From contig VXSV01000047.1 in NCBI GenBank assembly GCA_009837815.1, positions 1 through 48,867 of the forward strand: a DNA stretch of 48,867 nt. Direction: 5' to 3'. This stretch comes from Acidimicrobiia bacterium. GTDB taxonomy: Bacteria; Actinomycetota; Acidimicrobiia; Spongiisociales; ZC4RG35. Positions within the stretch are counted from its first letter, which is position 1. Each line of letters begins with the position of its first letter. The position numbers and the translations under genes are program-made. Of this stretch, positions 18,163-30,952 are shown piece after piece. The notes below the pieces were generated by a model. It worked only from the letters and a program-made list of their open reading frames with translations, was not told the DNA's origin and made no database searches.

Positions 18163-18855
18163 ATGCGCATCCTGATCAACCATCTGACTCGCATGAGGCC
18201 CGGCCGAATTTGTGTGGCGGGGGTCACCACGAATGGTGCTCACATCCGTCCCGTGCTCGACGGCGAACAACTCGGGCGAGATCTTTTGAGCAGTGAGGGT
18301 GGTCCCTTCTCTCTGGGACAGGTAGTGGACCTTGGTAAGACCCGTAGCCGTCAGAGTGTTCCCGAGGTTGAGGACGTTGTGTTTCGCCCGGAGGAGGTAA
18401 AGCCAGAGAAGATGCTGAGTTCAGCCGAGTTCGGAGACGTGATGAAGCAGTTCGCGAAATCTTCGCTGGTGGAGATCTTCGGCAAGGACCTTATCCCTCA
18501 TCGACGCACCGCGGCCGTTTCCGAGGGGGAGGGAAGCGTGTCGCTGGGTGTACTCCGACCAGAGGGTGCCAGGTTCTCTTCAGGAACCCCACAGGATGGT
18601 GGAGTCAGACTAACAGTTGAAGATACTGATCTGGGAGACCTGACCTTGCCGGTGACTGACCTCCGCTTGTGGAAGCCTGATCACAGGACCCCCGCTCGGC
18701 GCGCAGTCGAAGGAATCCGATCGGCCCTGGAGGGATGCCTAGTTGCAGTGGGACTCTCCAGGCCTTTCCGGCCGCCGGGGCACTCTGTCCCTAGGCACTG
18801 GTTGCAGGTAAACAACCTCTTCCCGGTTGGTGATCCTCTGTGGGCCCGGGCGTGA
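18163..18855 (+). CDS. Putative dual OB-fold (DuOB-type) nucleic-acid-binding protein
   Basis: N-terminal GRICVAG..G.HIRPV and C-terminal LPVTD, VGLSRPF, WLQVNNL. The pattern is recalled for dual-OB proteins found beside DUF488 genes; not verified by search. Confidence 0.7.
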   Translation: MRILINHLTRMRPGRICVAGVTTNGAHIRPVLDGEQLGRDLLSSEGGPFSLGQVVDLGKTRSRQSVPEVEDVVFRPEEVKPEKMLSSAEFGDVMKQFAKSSLVEIFGKDLIPHRRTAAVSEGEGSVSLGVLRPEGARFSSGTPQDGGVRLTVEDTDLGDLTLPVTDLRLWKPDHRTPARRAVEGIRSALEGCLVAVGLSRPFRPPGHSVPRHWLQVNNLFPVGDPLWARA

Positions 18856-19310
18856 GCACCTGTAGATCTGGTCGTAAGGAAAGCCAACGAGATGGCTAAA
18901 ACAACCTTCGATTAGCGCGCCGCGAAAGTGTCGGAGGTGGCAAATTTCTGAAATCCGCGCCATAGCAGGCGTGGCTTCTGATCGGTAGGATGATGAGTCT
19001 GGGGGTCGGGAATAATAAGGGTTTGCCAACCCTGCCACTCGTTCCCGGACTCCAACTCGGGGCCGCCCGAAGGGTGGACCTACCAAATGACTTTACCGAC
19101 AAGTGTCGGCCAGGTCAAGTGAATCAGAGGGATTCGTTTGACACGTTAGTAGCGATGTGGGTGGGCTTTGAGGGCAGAAGTACCGCCGTCGTTATCGCGA
19201 TCTGGTCGCGTTGCTCTCCAGATGATCGAGTTGCCTCCCCCGGTTTGGGTCGGAGTCAACGACATTAGAGGTCTGGGGAGGAGCCAGGTCGGGAGAGCCG
19301 GCGGCCGCCG

Positions 19311-20312
19311 GTGGATGTCGGGACGGGTCGGGCATTAACATGGCCGAGGGTGGCATGGCTGACGCGCTGGTGGAGAAGGCGTCGCTCTTCCCTCCTCGAA
19401 CCGAAGGCTCCTGCGGATCCGACCTATTCCGCTCTGGCGAAGACCCGGCGCGCCCTGACGGCGGCCTGGAGATCCGCAGGCGGGGACGGACGGCTTCGCC
19501 CCGCCTTCTGGTCCGGGTTGGAGGATGCGCTGGTGGCGTCCGATCTGGGAGTGAAGATCTCGGCGGAGCTGGTATCTGCGGTCCGGAACGGCCAACCCGG
19601 AGACCAGACGGTGGCCCGGGCGCTTCTTGCCGAGGAGATGGTCAGGTTGCTGGCAGATTCAGACCGGACCCTGGCATGGTCCGGCAACGGGTCTCCCCGG
19701 GTGGTGATGGTGGTGGGGGTGAACGGGGCCGGGAAGACCACCACCTCCGCAAAGCTCGCCCACTGGCTGGCGTCGCAGGGCAGGGACTGCCTGCTGGGCG
19801 CCGCAGACACCCATCGCCCGGCCGCGCAGCGCCAGTTGGCGACCTGGGCGGAGAGGATGGGGGTGGACATCGTGGGGGGCGAGGACGGCGCCGATCCGGC
19901 CGCGGTCGCCCGGGACGCGTGGACTGCGGCCAAGAGCCGGGGCCGTCAGGTGGTGATCATCGACACAGCCGGCCGGTTGCACGCCAAGACCCACCTGATG
20001 AGCCAACTGGAGAAGATCAAGCGGGTGCTAACCGAGGTTGCCGGCAAGGTCGACGAGGTGCTCCTGGTGCTTGACGCTTCCACCGGCCAGAACGGGGTGG
20101 CCCAGGCCCGGGAATTCTGTCGCCGGGTGGGGGTGACCGGAGTGGTGCTCACCAAGTTGGACGGGACCGCCCGGGGAGGGGTGGCGGTGGCCGTGGAGCG
20201 CCGACTGGGGATGCCGGTGAAGCTGGTCGGGACCGGCGAGGGACTGTCGGATCTGGCGGTGTTCGACGCCGAGACATTCGTGCGGGCGCTGCTGGAGGAC
20301 GGACCCCGATGA
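19311..20312 (+). CDS. ftsY: Signal recognition particle receptor FtsY
   Basis: GVNGAGKTT, DPAAVA, DTAGRLH, DASTGQN and TKLDGTARGG motifs. True start may be GTG 19350. Confidence 0.95.
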   Translation: MDVGTGRALTWPRVAWLTRWWRRRRSSLLEPKAPADPTYSALAKTRRALTAAWRSAGGDGRLRPAFWSGLEDALVASDLGVKISAELVSAVRNGQPGDQTVARALLAEEMVRLLADSDRTLAWSGNGSPRVVMVVGVNGAGKTTTSAKLAHWLASQGRDCLLGAADTHRPAAQRQLATWAERMGVDIVGGEDGADPAAVARDAWTAAKSRGRQVVIIDTAGRLHAKTHLMSQLEKIKRVLTEVAGKVDEVLLVLDASTGQNGVAQAREFCRRVGVTGVVLTKLDGTARGGVAVAVERRLGMPVKLVGTGEGLSDLAVFDAETFVRALLEDGPR

Positions 20313-20737
20313 CCGGCCACGACTCCCTGGTGGACAGAGCGCGCCGGGCCGCCCGGAACTCCTACTCGCCCTACTCGGGATTCCGGGTGGGAGCGGCGCT
20401 TGTGACCGGCGACGGCTCGATCTTCTGCGGCGCCAACGTGGAGAACGCCGCCTACCCGGTCTCCAACTGCGCGGAGGCGACCGCGGTCAACACCGCCGCC
20501 GCGGCGGGCGCCAGGCGGATTGGCACTGTGGCGGTGGCCTGCATCGACGCCGACTCCATCGCCGACGCCTACCCGTGTGGGCGGTGCCGTCAGGTGATGA
20601 ACGAGTTCGGAGTGGAGACGGTGCTGGTTGCAACCGGCGCCGGTTCCTACCGGGTTCACAGCCTTTCCGAACTGCTGCCATACGGGTTTTCCGGCGACTT
20701 TCTCCGGGGTGGGGGAGAGGCTCCCGCAGGGAGTTGA
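20309..20737 (+). CDS. cdd: Cytidine deaminase
   Basis: YSPYSGFRVGAA, NVENAAY, CAE and PCGRCRQ zinc motifs. Confidence 0.95.
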   Translation: MTGHDSLVDRARRAARNSYSPYSGFRVGAALVTGDGSIFCGANVENAAYPVSNCAEATAVNTAAAAGARRIGTVAVACIDADSIADAYPCGRCRQVMNEFGVETVLVATGAGSYRVHSLSELLPYGFSGDFLRGGGEAPAGS

Positions 20738-20815
20738 CAAACCGCCGGGGGAGTAGACTCTCGCGGGCCGGAAGCGCCCGAACAGGGTGGGCCGCCTCAC
20801 CGCAAAGGACCCCAC

Positions 20816-22096
20816 ATGATTGATATGCGTCCCCTCTCCCAGGTGGATCCCGCCACCGCCGGTTTGATCCGCCGCGACGTGGAAAGGCAAAACAGCCACA
20901 TTCACCTGATCGCCTCGGAGAACTTCGCGTCGCCGGCGGTGATGGCCGCTTCGGGCTCCATTTTCACCAACAAGTACGCCGAGGGCTACCCGGGCCGCCG
21001 CTACTACGAGGGCTGTGCGGTGGTGGACGAGATGGAGACCCTGGCCATTGAGCGGGCCAAGTCGCTTTTCGGGGCGGCCAGCGCCAACGTTCAGCCCCAT
21101 TCGGGAGCCCAGGCCAACATGAGCGTTTACTTTTCGCTGCTGACCCCGGGTGACACGGTCCTGGGCATGCGGCTCGACCAGGGGGGACACCTCACGCACG
21201 GGTCGCCGGTCAACTTCTCGGGCCTGTACTACGACTTCGCGGCGTACGGGGTTGATCCGGGCACCGAACGTGTGGACATGGACCAGGTAAGAGCGCTGGC
21301 CTTGGAGCACCGTCCCAAGATCCTGCTGGCCGGTTACTCGGCCTACTCCAGGCGTCTCGATTACCAGGGATTCCGGGAGATCGCCGACGAGGCGGGTGCC
21401 GTCTTCATGGTGGACGCCGCTCACTTCATCGGGCTGGTGGCCGGCAAGGCCTACCCCAACCCGGTTCCTTTCGCAGACATCGTCACCGGCACCACCCACA
21501 AGGCCCTGCGAGGGCCCCGCGGTGGCTTGGCGCTGGCCCGGGAGGAATACGCCGCCGCCATCAACAAGGCGGTGTTCCCCAACGCTCAAGGAGGGCCGCT
21601 CATCAACCAGGTGGCGGCCAAGGCGGTCTGCTTCCTGGAGGCGTCGACAGCCGATTTTCGCGCCTACGCGGCTCAGGTGGTCGCCAATGCCGCGGCCATG
21701 GCGGCGGCGGTGCAGGAGGCCGGGGCCCGAGTGGTGTCGGGAGGCACCGACAACCATCTGTTCCTGATCGATCTGCGCTCGGTCTCCGAAGACCTCACCG
21801 GAAGGGCTGCGGCCCGGCTGCTGGACGAGCTGGGGATCACCCTCAATTTCAACACCATCCCCTTCGATCCTCGGCCTCCCTACCGGGCGTCGGGAATCCG
21901 AATCGGGACGCCCGCCATGACCTCCCAGGGCATGACCGAACCCGAAGCCAGGCAGGTGGGATCCCTGATCGTGGAGGCGCTCCGAGGGGGTGGCGACGAA
22001 TCCGTCCGGGCCGACGTCGCCGGCAGGGTGGCGGAGTTGGCCGCCTCCTTCACCCCCTACCCGGCCGGTTTTCGAGGATACGGCGGGACGGGATAA
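20816..22096 (+). CDS. glyA: Serine hydroxymethyltransferase
   Basis: LIASEN, NKYAEGYPGRRYY, GGHLTHG and TTHKALRGPRGG motifs. Confidence 0.97.
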   Translation: MIDMRPLSQVDPATAGLIRRDVERQNSHIHLIASENFASPAVMAASGSIFTNKYAEGYPGRRYYEGCAVVDEMETLAIERAKSLFGAASANVQPHSGAQANMSVYFSLLTPGDTVLGMRLDQGGHLTHGSPVNFSGLYYDFAAYGVDPGTERVDMDQVRALALEHRPKILLAGYSAYSRRLDYQGFREIADEAGAVFMVDAAHFIGLVAGKAYPNPVPFADIVTGTTHKALRGPRGGLALAREEYAAAINKAVFPNAQGGPLINQVAAKAVCFLEASTADFRAYAAQVVANAAAMAAAVQEAGARVVSGGTDNHLFLIDLRSVSEDLTGRAAARLLDELGITLNFNTIPFDPRPPYRASGIRIGTPAMTSQGMTEPEARQVGSLIVEALRGGGDESVRADVAGRVAELAASFTPYPAGFRGYGGTG

Positions 22097-22131
22097 CCTT
22101 TGAGTAGTTCATCAATGCCGGAGGAGCGGGT

Positions 22132-22499
22132 TTGGACATAGAAGCCTTGATAGGCCGCCGCTTGGCGCGGCGGGCTGTTTGGTTGGCGCCCCTGACAGGA
22201 TTGGTCTCATGGGCGCTGTGGACTCCCGCGGCCGGCTTCTGGGCGGCGATGGGTTCCCTGGCCGCCGCCGGCTCCTTTGCGGTGACCGGGTGGGCTCTGT
22301 CGAGGGCGGCCCGCCGTTCCTACCTCACCCTGGGGGCGGTCGCCTTCGGAGGGTTCGTGGCGCGCCTGGCGGTCATCACCTTCCTGGTCTGGGTGGCGGT
22401 GAGCGTCTGGGACGCCCACCTGTACGGGATGTTCCTGGGGGTGGGCGCCGCATGGCTGGCTGCTCTCACTTTCGAGGCCCGCAGACAGGTGGCCACCGG

Positions 22500-22503
<4 letters not shown>
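22132..22503 (+). CDS. atpI: ATP synthase subunit I-like membrane protein
   Basis: Four hydrophobic segments, 123 aa; ATGA overlap with atpB. Confidence 0.7.
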
Positions 22504-23530
<1,027 letters not shown>

Positions 23531-23532
23531 GA

Positions 23533-24081
23533 ATGTCGGCGGACGTCCTGATTCTGGCTGCCGAGGAGGAGAAGTCGGGCCTGTTCCTGATTCTCCCCGA
23601 CGTATCCGAACTGATATGGGGTGCGGTGAGCTTCGTCGTCATCGTCTTCCTGGTGTGGAAGTTCGCCATGCCGGCTTTGGACCGCGCCCTGGGTGACCGC
23701 CAGAAGGCGGTGGTCTCCCAACTGGAGGAAGCCGAGGAGGCCAAAGGAGCGGCGGAGCGTCTGCGCGATGACTACCAGCGTCGACTCGACGAGGGCGCCC
23801 AGAGGGCGGACCAGATGATGGAAGCCGCCCGGTCGGACGCCGAGAGTCTCCGCCAGGAGATCATCGACCGCGCCGCGGCCGAAGCGGTCCAGATAACCGA
23901 ACGGGCACGCGCCGAGGCGGAGTCGGAGCGCGCCCGAGTCCTGGAAGAGGCCCGTCAAGAGATCACCTCCCTTTCCCTGGATATCGCCGAGAAGGTGGTG
24001 GGATCCCAGATCGACGCCTCCGGGCACCAGCGACTGGTGGAACGCTACATCCGAGAACTGGAGAGAGAAACGGCCGAATGA
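23533..24081 (+). CDS. atpF: F0F1 ATP synthase subunit b
   Basis: N-terminal TM followed by a long charged helix; operon position. Confidence 0.93.
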   Translation: MSADVLILAAEEEKSGLFLILPDVSELIWGAVSFVVIVFLVWKFAMPALDRALGDRQKAVVSQLEEAEEAKGAAERLRDDYQRRLDEGAQRADQMMEAARSDAESLRQEIIDRAAAEAVQITERARAEAESERARVLEEARQEITSLSLDIAEKVVGSQIDASGHQRLVERYIRELERETAE

Positions 24082-24611
24082 GCGACGTCACGGAGGGCTA
24101 CGCGGACGCCCTGTTCGGGTTGGCTGTCGCCGAGGGACAGCTTGAGCGGGTGGAGAGCGATCTTTTTGCTCTGGCCCGGGCGGTGGAAGGATCCCCGGAG
24201 TTGACCGACGCCCTTTCCGATCCCCGGGTTCCCCGAGAGCGCCTGGATACGCTGGTCTCCGAACTCCTCTCCGACCGGGCTTCGCTGGTGACCGGGGAGG
24301 CGGTGGGCCTTCTGGTCCGCATGGGGAGGCTCACAGACCTGGTGGAGATCGCCGACCGCCTGGCGGAGAAGGCAGCCCTGTCCCGGGGCCGACAGATCGC
24401 CGAAGTGCGCTCGGCTGTTCCCTTGGGCCCCGAGACCGTCGGACGCCTGGAGGAAGTGCTCTCGGGTGTGGTGGGCCATCCGGTCGAGGCGCGGGTGGTG
24501 ATCGACCCCGACGTGCTGGGGGGTCTCATGGCCCGGGTGGGAGACCTGGTGGTGGACGGGACGGTCCGGTCCCGCATGAACCAGGTACGCGCATTGCTGG
24601 CTGAAGTTTGA
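24078..24611 (+). CDS. atpH: F0F1 ATP synthase subunit delta
   Basis: YADALF, VRSAVPL and DPDVLGG..VGDLVVDGTV motifs. Confidence 0.94.
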   Translation: MSDVTEGYADALFGLAVAEGQLERVESDLFALARAVEGSPELTDALSDPRVPRERLDTLVSELLSDRASLVTGEAVGLLVRMGRLTDLVEIADRLAEKAALSRGRQIAEVRSAVPLGPETVGRLEEVLSGVVGHPVEARVVIDPDVLGGLMARVGDLVVDGTVRSRMNQVRALLAEV

Positions 24612-24629
24612 ATACCTAAGGAGTAGTCA

Positions 24630-26147
24630 ATGGCAGAGATGACCATCACCGCCCACGACATAACCGAGGCGCTCAGAAAGAGCCTGGACGACTGGAACCC
24701 TTCCATATCCCGCGAGACGGTGGGCCATGTGTCTTCCATAGCCGACGGTGTGGCCAAGGTGAAGGGCCTTCCCCTGGCCATGTCCTCGGAACTGCTGGAA
24801 TTCGAGGGAGGGTTGCTGGGGGTGGTGCTGGACCTGGAGGAGGACTCGATCGGCGTGGTGATGATGGGAGACTCCAACCACGTGGAGGAGGGCGACCCGG
24901 TGCGCCAGACCAGCCGGGTGCTGGAGATCGGGGTGGGAGATGACCTGCTGGGGCGGGTGATCGATCCGCTGGGCAATCCCATCGATGGCAAGGGGCCGAT
25001 CACCACCACCGCCCGCCGCCGCCTGGAGGTACAGGCGCCCACGGTGGTGCAGCGCCGACCCGTCCACGAGCCGCTCCAGACCGGGACCAAGGCGATCGAC
25101 GCCATGACCCCGGTGGGACGCGGGCAGCGGGAATTGATCATCGGCGACCGTCAGACCGGAAAGACGGCTCTGGTGGTGGACACCATCATCAACCAGAAGG
25201 CCGAAGGGGTCAAGTGCGTCTATGTGGCGATAGGGCAGAAGGCGTCCACGGTGGCCGAGGTGGTGGCCTCCCTCACCGAACACGGCGCCATGGACTACAC
25301 GGTGGTGGTGAACGCCTCGGCCGCCGCGCCTCCGGCTCTCCAGATGTACGCGCCCTATGCGGGGTCGGCCATCGGCCAGCACTGGATGTACAACGGCGAG
25401 CACTCCCTGGTGATCTTCGACGACCTCTCCAAGCAGGCGGTGGCGTACCGGGAGATCGCCCTCCTGCTGCGCCGTCCTCCAGGCCGGGAAGCCTATCCGG
25501 GGGACGTGTTCTATCTGCACAGCCGACTCCTGGAGCGCTGCGCCAAGCTGTCCGACGAGTTGGGCGGCGGATCGATGACCGGACTCCCCATCGTGGAGAC
25601 CAAGGCGGGGGACGTCTCGGCCTTCATCCCCACCAACGTGATCTCCATCACCGACGGCCAGATCTACCTGGAGACCGATCTCTTCTTTTCGGGGGTCCGT
25701 CCGGCCATCAACGCCGGCATCTCCGTCTCCCGGGTGGGTGGCGCCGCCCAGGTGGGCGCCATGAAGAAGGTGGCGGGTCCCATCCGCATCAACCTGGCCC
25801 AGTATCGGGAGTTGGAGGCCTTCGCCCAGTTCGGGTCGGAACTCGACTCCACTTCGCAGGCCCAGCTGGAGCGAGGCGCCCGGGTGGTCGAGGTGCTCAA
25901 GCAGCCCCAGTTCCGTCCCTTCCAGGTGGAGGAGCAGGTGGTCACCCTGTACGCGGTGACCAACGGGTTCATGGACGAGACGCCGGTGTCGGAGATCTCC
26001 CGTTTCGAGGAGGAACTGACCGAGCACATGCGGCGCCGCCACGGACACTTCCTGCGTTCCATTGTCGAAACCGGTTCGCTTCCTGACGTGGAGACTCTCA
26101 ACTCGGTCCTGAAGGAATTCGCGGAGAGATTCCGCTCAGGAGACTGA
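24630..26147 (+). CDS. atpA: F0F1 ATP synthase subunit alpha
   Basis: GDRQTGKT and [21 protein letters not shown] motifs. Confidence 0.98.
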   Translation: MAEMTITAHDITEALRKSLDDWNPSISRETVGHVSSIADGVAKVKGLPLAMSSELLEFEGGLLGVVLDLEEDSIGVVMMGDSNHVEEGDPVRQTSRVLEIGVGDDLLGRVIDPLGNPIDGKGPITTTARRRLEVQAPTVVQRRPVHEPLQTGTKAIDAMTPVGRGQRELIIGDRQTGKTALVVDTIINQKAEGVKCVYVAIGQKASTVAEVVASLTEHGAMDYTVVVNASAAAPPALQMYAPYAGSAIGQHWMYNGEHSLVIFDDLSKQAVAYREIALLLRRPPGREAYPGDVFYLHSRLLERCAKLSDELGGGSMTGLPIVETKAGDVSAFIPTNVISITDGQIYLETDLFFSGVRPAINAGISVSRVGGAAQVGAMKKVAGPIRINLAQYRELEAFAQFGSELDSTSQAQLERGARVVEVLKQPQFRPFQVEEQVVTLYAVTNGFMDETPVSEISRFEEELTEHMRRRHGHFLRSIVETGSLPDVETLNSVLKEFAERFRSGD

Positions 26148-28478
<2,331 letters not shown>

Positions 28479-28480
28479 CC

Positions 28481-28816
28481 GTGGCCAGTCCCTTCAATGT
28501 CGACGTGGTCTCGCCGGAAGGGACCCTCTGGTCGGGCGACGCCGAGTTCCTGGTGGCCCGCACCACCGAGGGCGAGATCGGGATCCTGGCCGGGCACGAG
28601 CCACTGATGGCCGCCCTGTCGGCAGGTCCGGTGCTCATCGACCATGACGGCGACCAGAGGACCACCATCGCCGTTCACGGAGGTTTCATGCAGGTGGTGG
28701 AAAACCGCGTGACCCTGTTGACCGACCGCGCCCGGATCACCGCCGGCGACCGCGCCGAGGCCGCAGCAGAGGCGCTGAAACTCAGCGAAGGCGACCCCCT
28801 CGACTTCGAGGAGTAG
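28481..28816 (+). CDS. atpC: F0F1 ATP synthase subunit epsilon
   Basis: VDVVSPEG..EGEIGILAGHEP..HGGFMQV; GTG 28481. Confidence 0.93.
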   Translation: MASPFNVDVVSPEGTLWSGDAEFLVARTTEGEIGILAGHEPLMAALSAGPVLIDHDGDQRTTIAVHGGFMQVVENRVTLLTDRARITAGDRAEAAAEALKLSEGDPLDFEE

Positions 28817-28906
28817 GGTCGACCCGGGTCGCCGGGCGGGCCCGCCTGCCTGGGAGTGAAGGCGGAGCCAAAACCCCCTAATCGCTCTCAGGTTCACGGC
28901 GACTGG

Positions 28907-29881
28907 TCAGGGAACCAGGCAGACCCTTCCCAGCACCTGGCGTTCGGCCAGATAGGCCATGGCGGCGGGGGCCTGGTCGAAGGAGAAGACCCGGTCTACG
29001 TGGGGGCGGATCAGGCCCTGTTCGCACCATTCCTTCAGTTGGACGAGATTGGCGCGGTTTTCCCGGGGATAACGCACCACGAAGTCTCCCCAGAACACTC
29101 CCACCGCCGAGGCCGACTTGAGGAGGGCCAGGTTGAGCGGCAGGCTGGGGATCTTCCCGGCCGCGAATCCCACCACCAACAGGCGCCCGTTCCAGCGCAG
29201 GGAGCGAAAGCAGGTCTCGGTGACCGAACCGCCCACCGGGTCGTAGACCACATCGGCTCCTTTGCCGTCGGTGAAGTCGCGGATCGCCGCCCGGAGGTCT
29301 TCGCGGTCGTAGCGGATGGCGACATCCGCCCCGCGCTCGAGGACGAACTCGGCTTTCCTCTCCGAGGACACGGCCGCCGCCACCCGGCATCCCAGCAGCT
29401 TGGCGATCTCGACCGCCGCGACGCCCACTCCTCCCGCTGCGCCCAGCACCACCACCGTATCTCCTTCCGACACGCCGGCGCGGTCCACCAGAGCGTGATA
29501 GGAGGTTCCGTAGGCGGTCATGAAGGTCGCCGCCTCGATGTCGGTCAAATTGTCGGGGGCCGGTGCGGTGACTATCGCGTCGGCCGCCACCTTCTCTGCA
29601 AAGCACCCTATCCCGGAGAACAGCACCACGCGGTCGCCCACGCTGACCGACTCGACGCCGGGGCCCACCTCGGTCACGGTTCCCGCTCCCTCGAAACCGG
29701 GTATGAAGGGAAGGTCGGGCTTGATCTGATATTGCCCGGACACCATCAGAATGTCGGCGAAGTTCAGCCCTGATCCGCCGAGGGCGATCTGGACCTGCCC
29801 GGGGCCGGGCGTCGGTTCGGGGACCTGGCGGGCCGCCAGGCCGGCCGGACCGTCCCAGGCGGTGCAAACTACGGCTCTCAC
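28907..29881 (-). CDS. NADPH:quinone oxidoreductase (MDR/zeta-crystallin family)
   Basis: NFAD, PFIPGFEGAG, GAAGGVG, YDPVGG and VGFAAG motifs. Confidence 0.93.
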   Translation of the reverse strand: MRAVVCTAWDGPAGLAARQVPEPTPGPGQVQIALGGSGLNFADILMVSGQYQIKPDLPFIPGFEGAGTVTEVGPGVESVSVGDRVVLFSGIGCFAEKVAADAIVTAPAPDNLTDIEAATFMTAYGTSYHALVDRAGVSEGDTVVVLGAAGGVGVAAVEIAKLLGCRVAAAVSSERKAEFVLERGADVAIRYDREDLRAAIRDFTDGKGADVVYDPVGGSVTETCFRSLRWNGRLLVVGFAAGKIPSLPLNLALLKSASAVGVFWGDFVVRYPRENRANLVQLKEWCEQGLIRPHVDRVFSFDQAPAAMAYLAERQVLGRVCLVP

Positions 29882-29927
29882 GGGCTTTTAGGTTAGTTGA
29901 GGAAGATCCGGTCGGGAGCGGTTGTGC

Positions 29928-29955
29928 GGTAACGCGCCGGGGCGCTGAGCGTCTT
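29928..29955 (+). promoter_or_regulatory. Putative ECF sigma-dependent promoter
   Basis: GGTAAC-N16-CGTCTT, the usual ECF AAC/CGT layout, just upstream of the 29982 gene. Confidence 0.55.
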
Positions 29956-29981
29956 GGAACATAGAGCGGGTTGGAAGGAAC

Positions 29982-30848
29982 ATGGACAGACCGGACCTCT
30001 CCGGAGTAGTTCTCAGAGCTATAGCCAAATCTTATCGGGACGAGATGGGTCCCGCCCGTGCCGAGCAATTGGCTTCCCGGGCGATAGCCCGGGCGGGGGA
30101 ACGATCCCGAAGGCGTCAGCGCATAGGGGTGCTGGCGTCGAGCGTGGCCCTGGCGGCGTCCCTGACAGTGGTGGGAGTGGCGGTGCTGACCGGCGGTTCG
30201 GATTCGGCGACTCCGCTGGATTCTGAGTCCGACGTGGTGGCGTCGGGTCCGGCAGACGCCGACGGGATGAACGTTCCGACCCTCACCAGGGAAGGGCTGA
30301 TGGAGGCCCTCGACCTGATCGACCAGCAGCGGGAACTGGAGGCAGCCGAGATGGTGGTCACGGCGCTCTCCTACATCGCCGAGTCGATGGCCGGCGCCGA
30401 CGTGGCTGCGTCCGGAGCTGTCACCGAGGCCTTTGCGCCGCCCGCGTCACCTCCTGAAGGAGCGCAGACCCCGGCCCCTTCCGGCTCGGTTTCGGGCGCT
30501 CCCTCACCTGATGAGGACATCTACGCCTACGGTCCTCAGCCATCCGGGCAGGGGGAGCCTTCGGACGGCCCCATATACGAGACGCCTGAGTCCCACCCCG
30601 CAGAACAGGTGGCAGAGACCGGCACTCTCTTGAACGTGACCGCCGATCCGGCGGCTATTGAAGAGTTGGGCCAGATGCTAAGGCTCGAGGTGGAGGAGTT
30701 GCTGGGTGTGCTGGACGTCTCCGATTCCGATGCGATCAACGAAGCGGTTGAGGAAGTGGAGAAGGCCGTGGCGCCGATCCTCGAATATCATTCTCAGGAC
30801 GAACCGACGATTCTTGTCCCTACCAGCGGTGATGACGAGGAAGAATGA
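29982..30848 (+). CDS. Hypothetical single-pass membrane protein (anti-sigma-like topology)
   Basis: About 47-aa N-terminus ending RSRRRQR, one TM (IGVLASSVALAASLTVVGVAVL), then an acidic Pro-rich C-terminal region; GAAGGA before the ATG. Confidence 0.75.
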   Translation: MDRPDLSGVVLRAIAKSYRDEMGPARAEQLASRAIARAGERSRRRQRIGVLASSVALAASLTVVGVAVLTGGSDSATPLDSESDVVASGPADADGMNVPTLTREGLMEALDLIDQQRELEAAEMVVTALSYIAESMAGADVAASGAVTEAFAPPASPPEGAQTPAPSGSVSGAPSPDEDIYAYGPQPSGQGEPSDGPIYETPESHPAEQVAETGTLLNVTADPAAIEELGQMLRLEVEELLGVLDVSDSDAINEAVEEVEKAVAPILEYHSQDEPTILVPTSGDDEEE

Positions 30849-30952
30849 CCCGCATCCCGGCTGACAGGCGGGAACGGCTTCGGTATCTGAACTGCCGTAC
30901 GCCCTTTCAAATTACCCGATCCTGAAGACTCAAAGCTATACCGTGGGCTGAA

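Noticed and set aside
18990-19268. 92-aa ORF in the spacer after the DUF488 cassette
   Set aside because: No recognisable motif and no clear ribosome-binding site; kept only as part of the spacer finding.
19281-19310. GCCAGGTCGGGAGAGCC upstream of ftsY, resembling SRP RNA domain IV
   Set aside because: It lacks the GGAA tetraloop stem and the following AGCA motif, and there is no long enclosing helix.
20734-20815. TTGACA/TAGACT promoter and a possible ZTP riboswitch before glyA
   Set aside because: The spacer is only 14 nt, and the ZTP consensus elements are not present. The -10 alone may be real but is weak evidence.
28817-28860. Palindrome and GC stem after atpC
   Set aside because: The stem depends on G-U pairs and has no U tract. 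It may be a terminator but is too weak to call.
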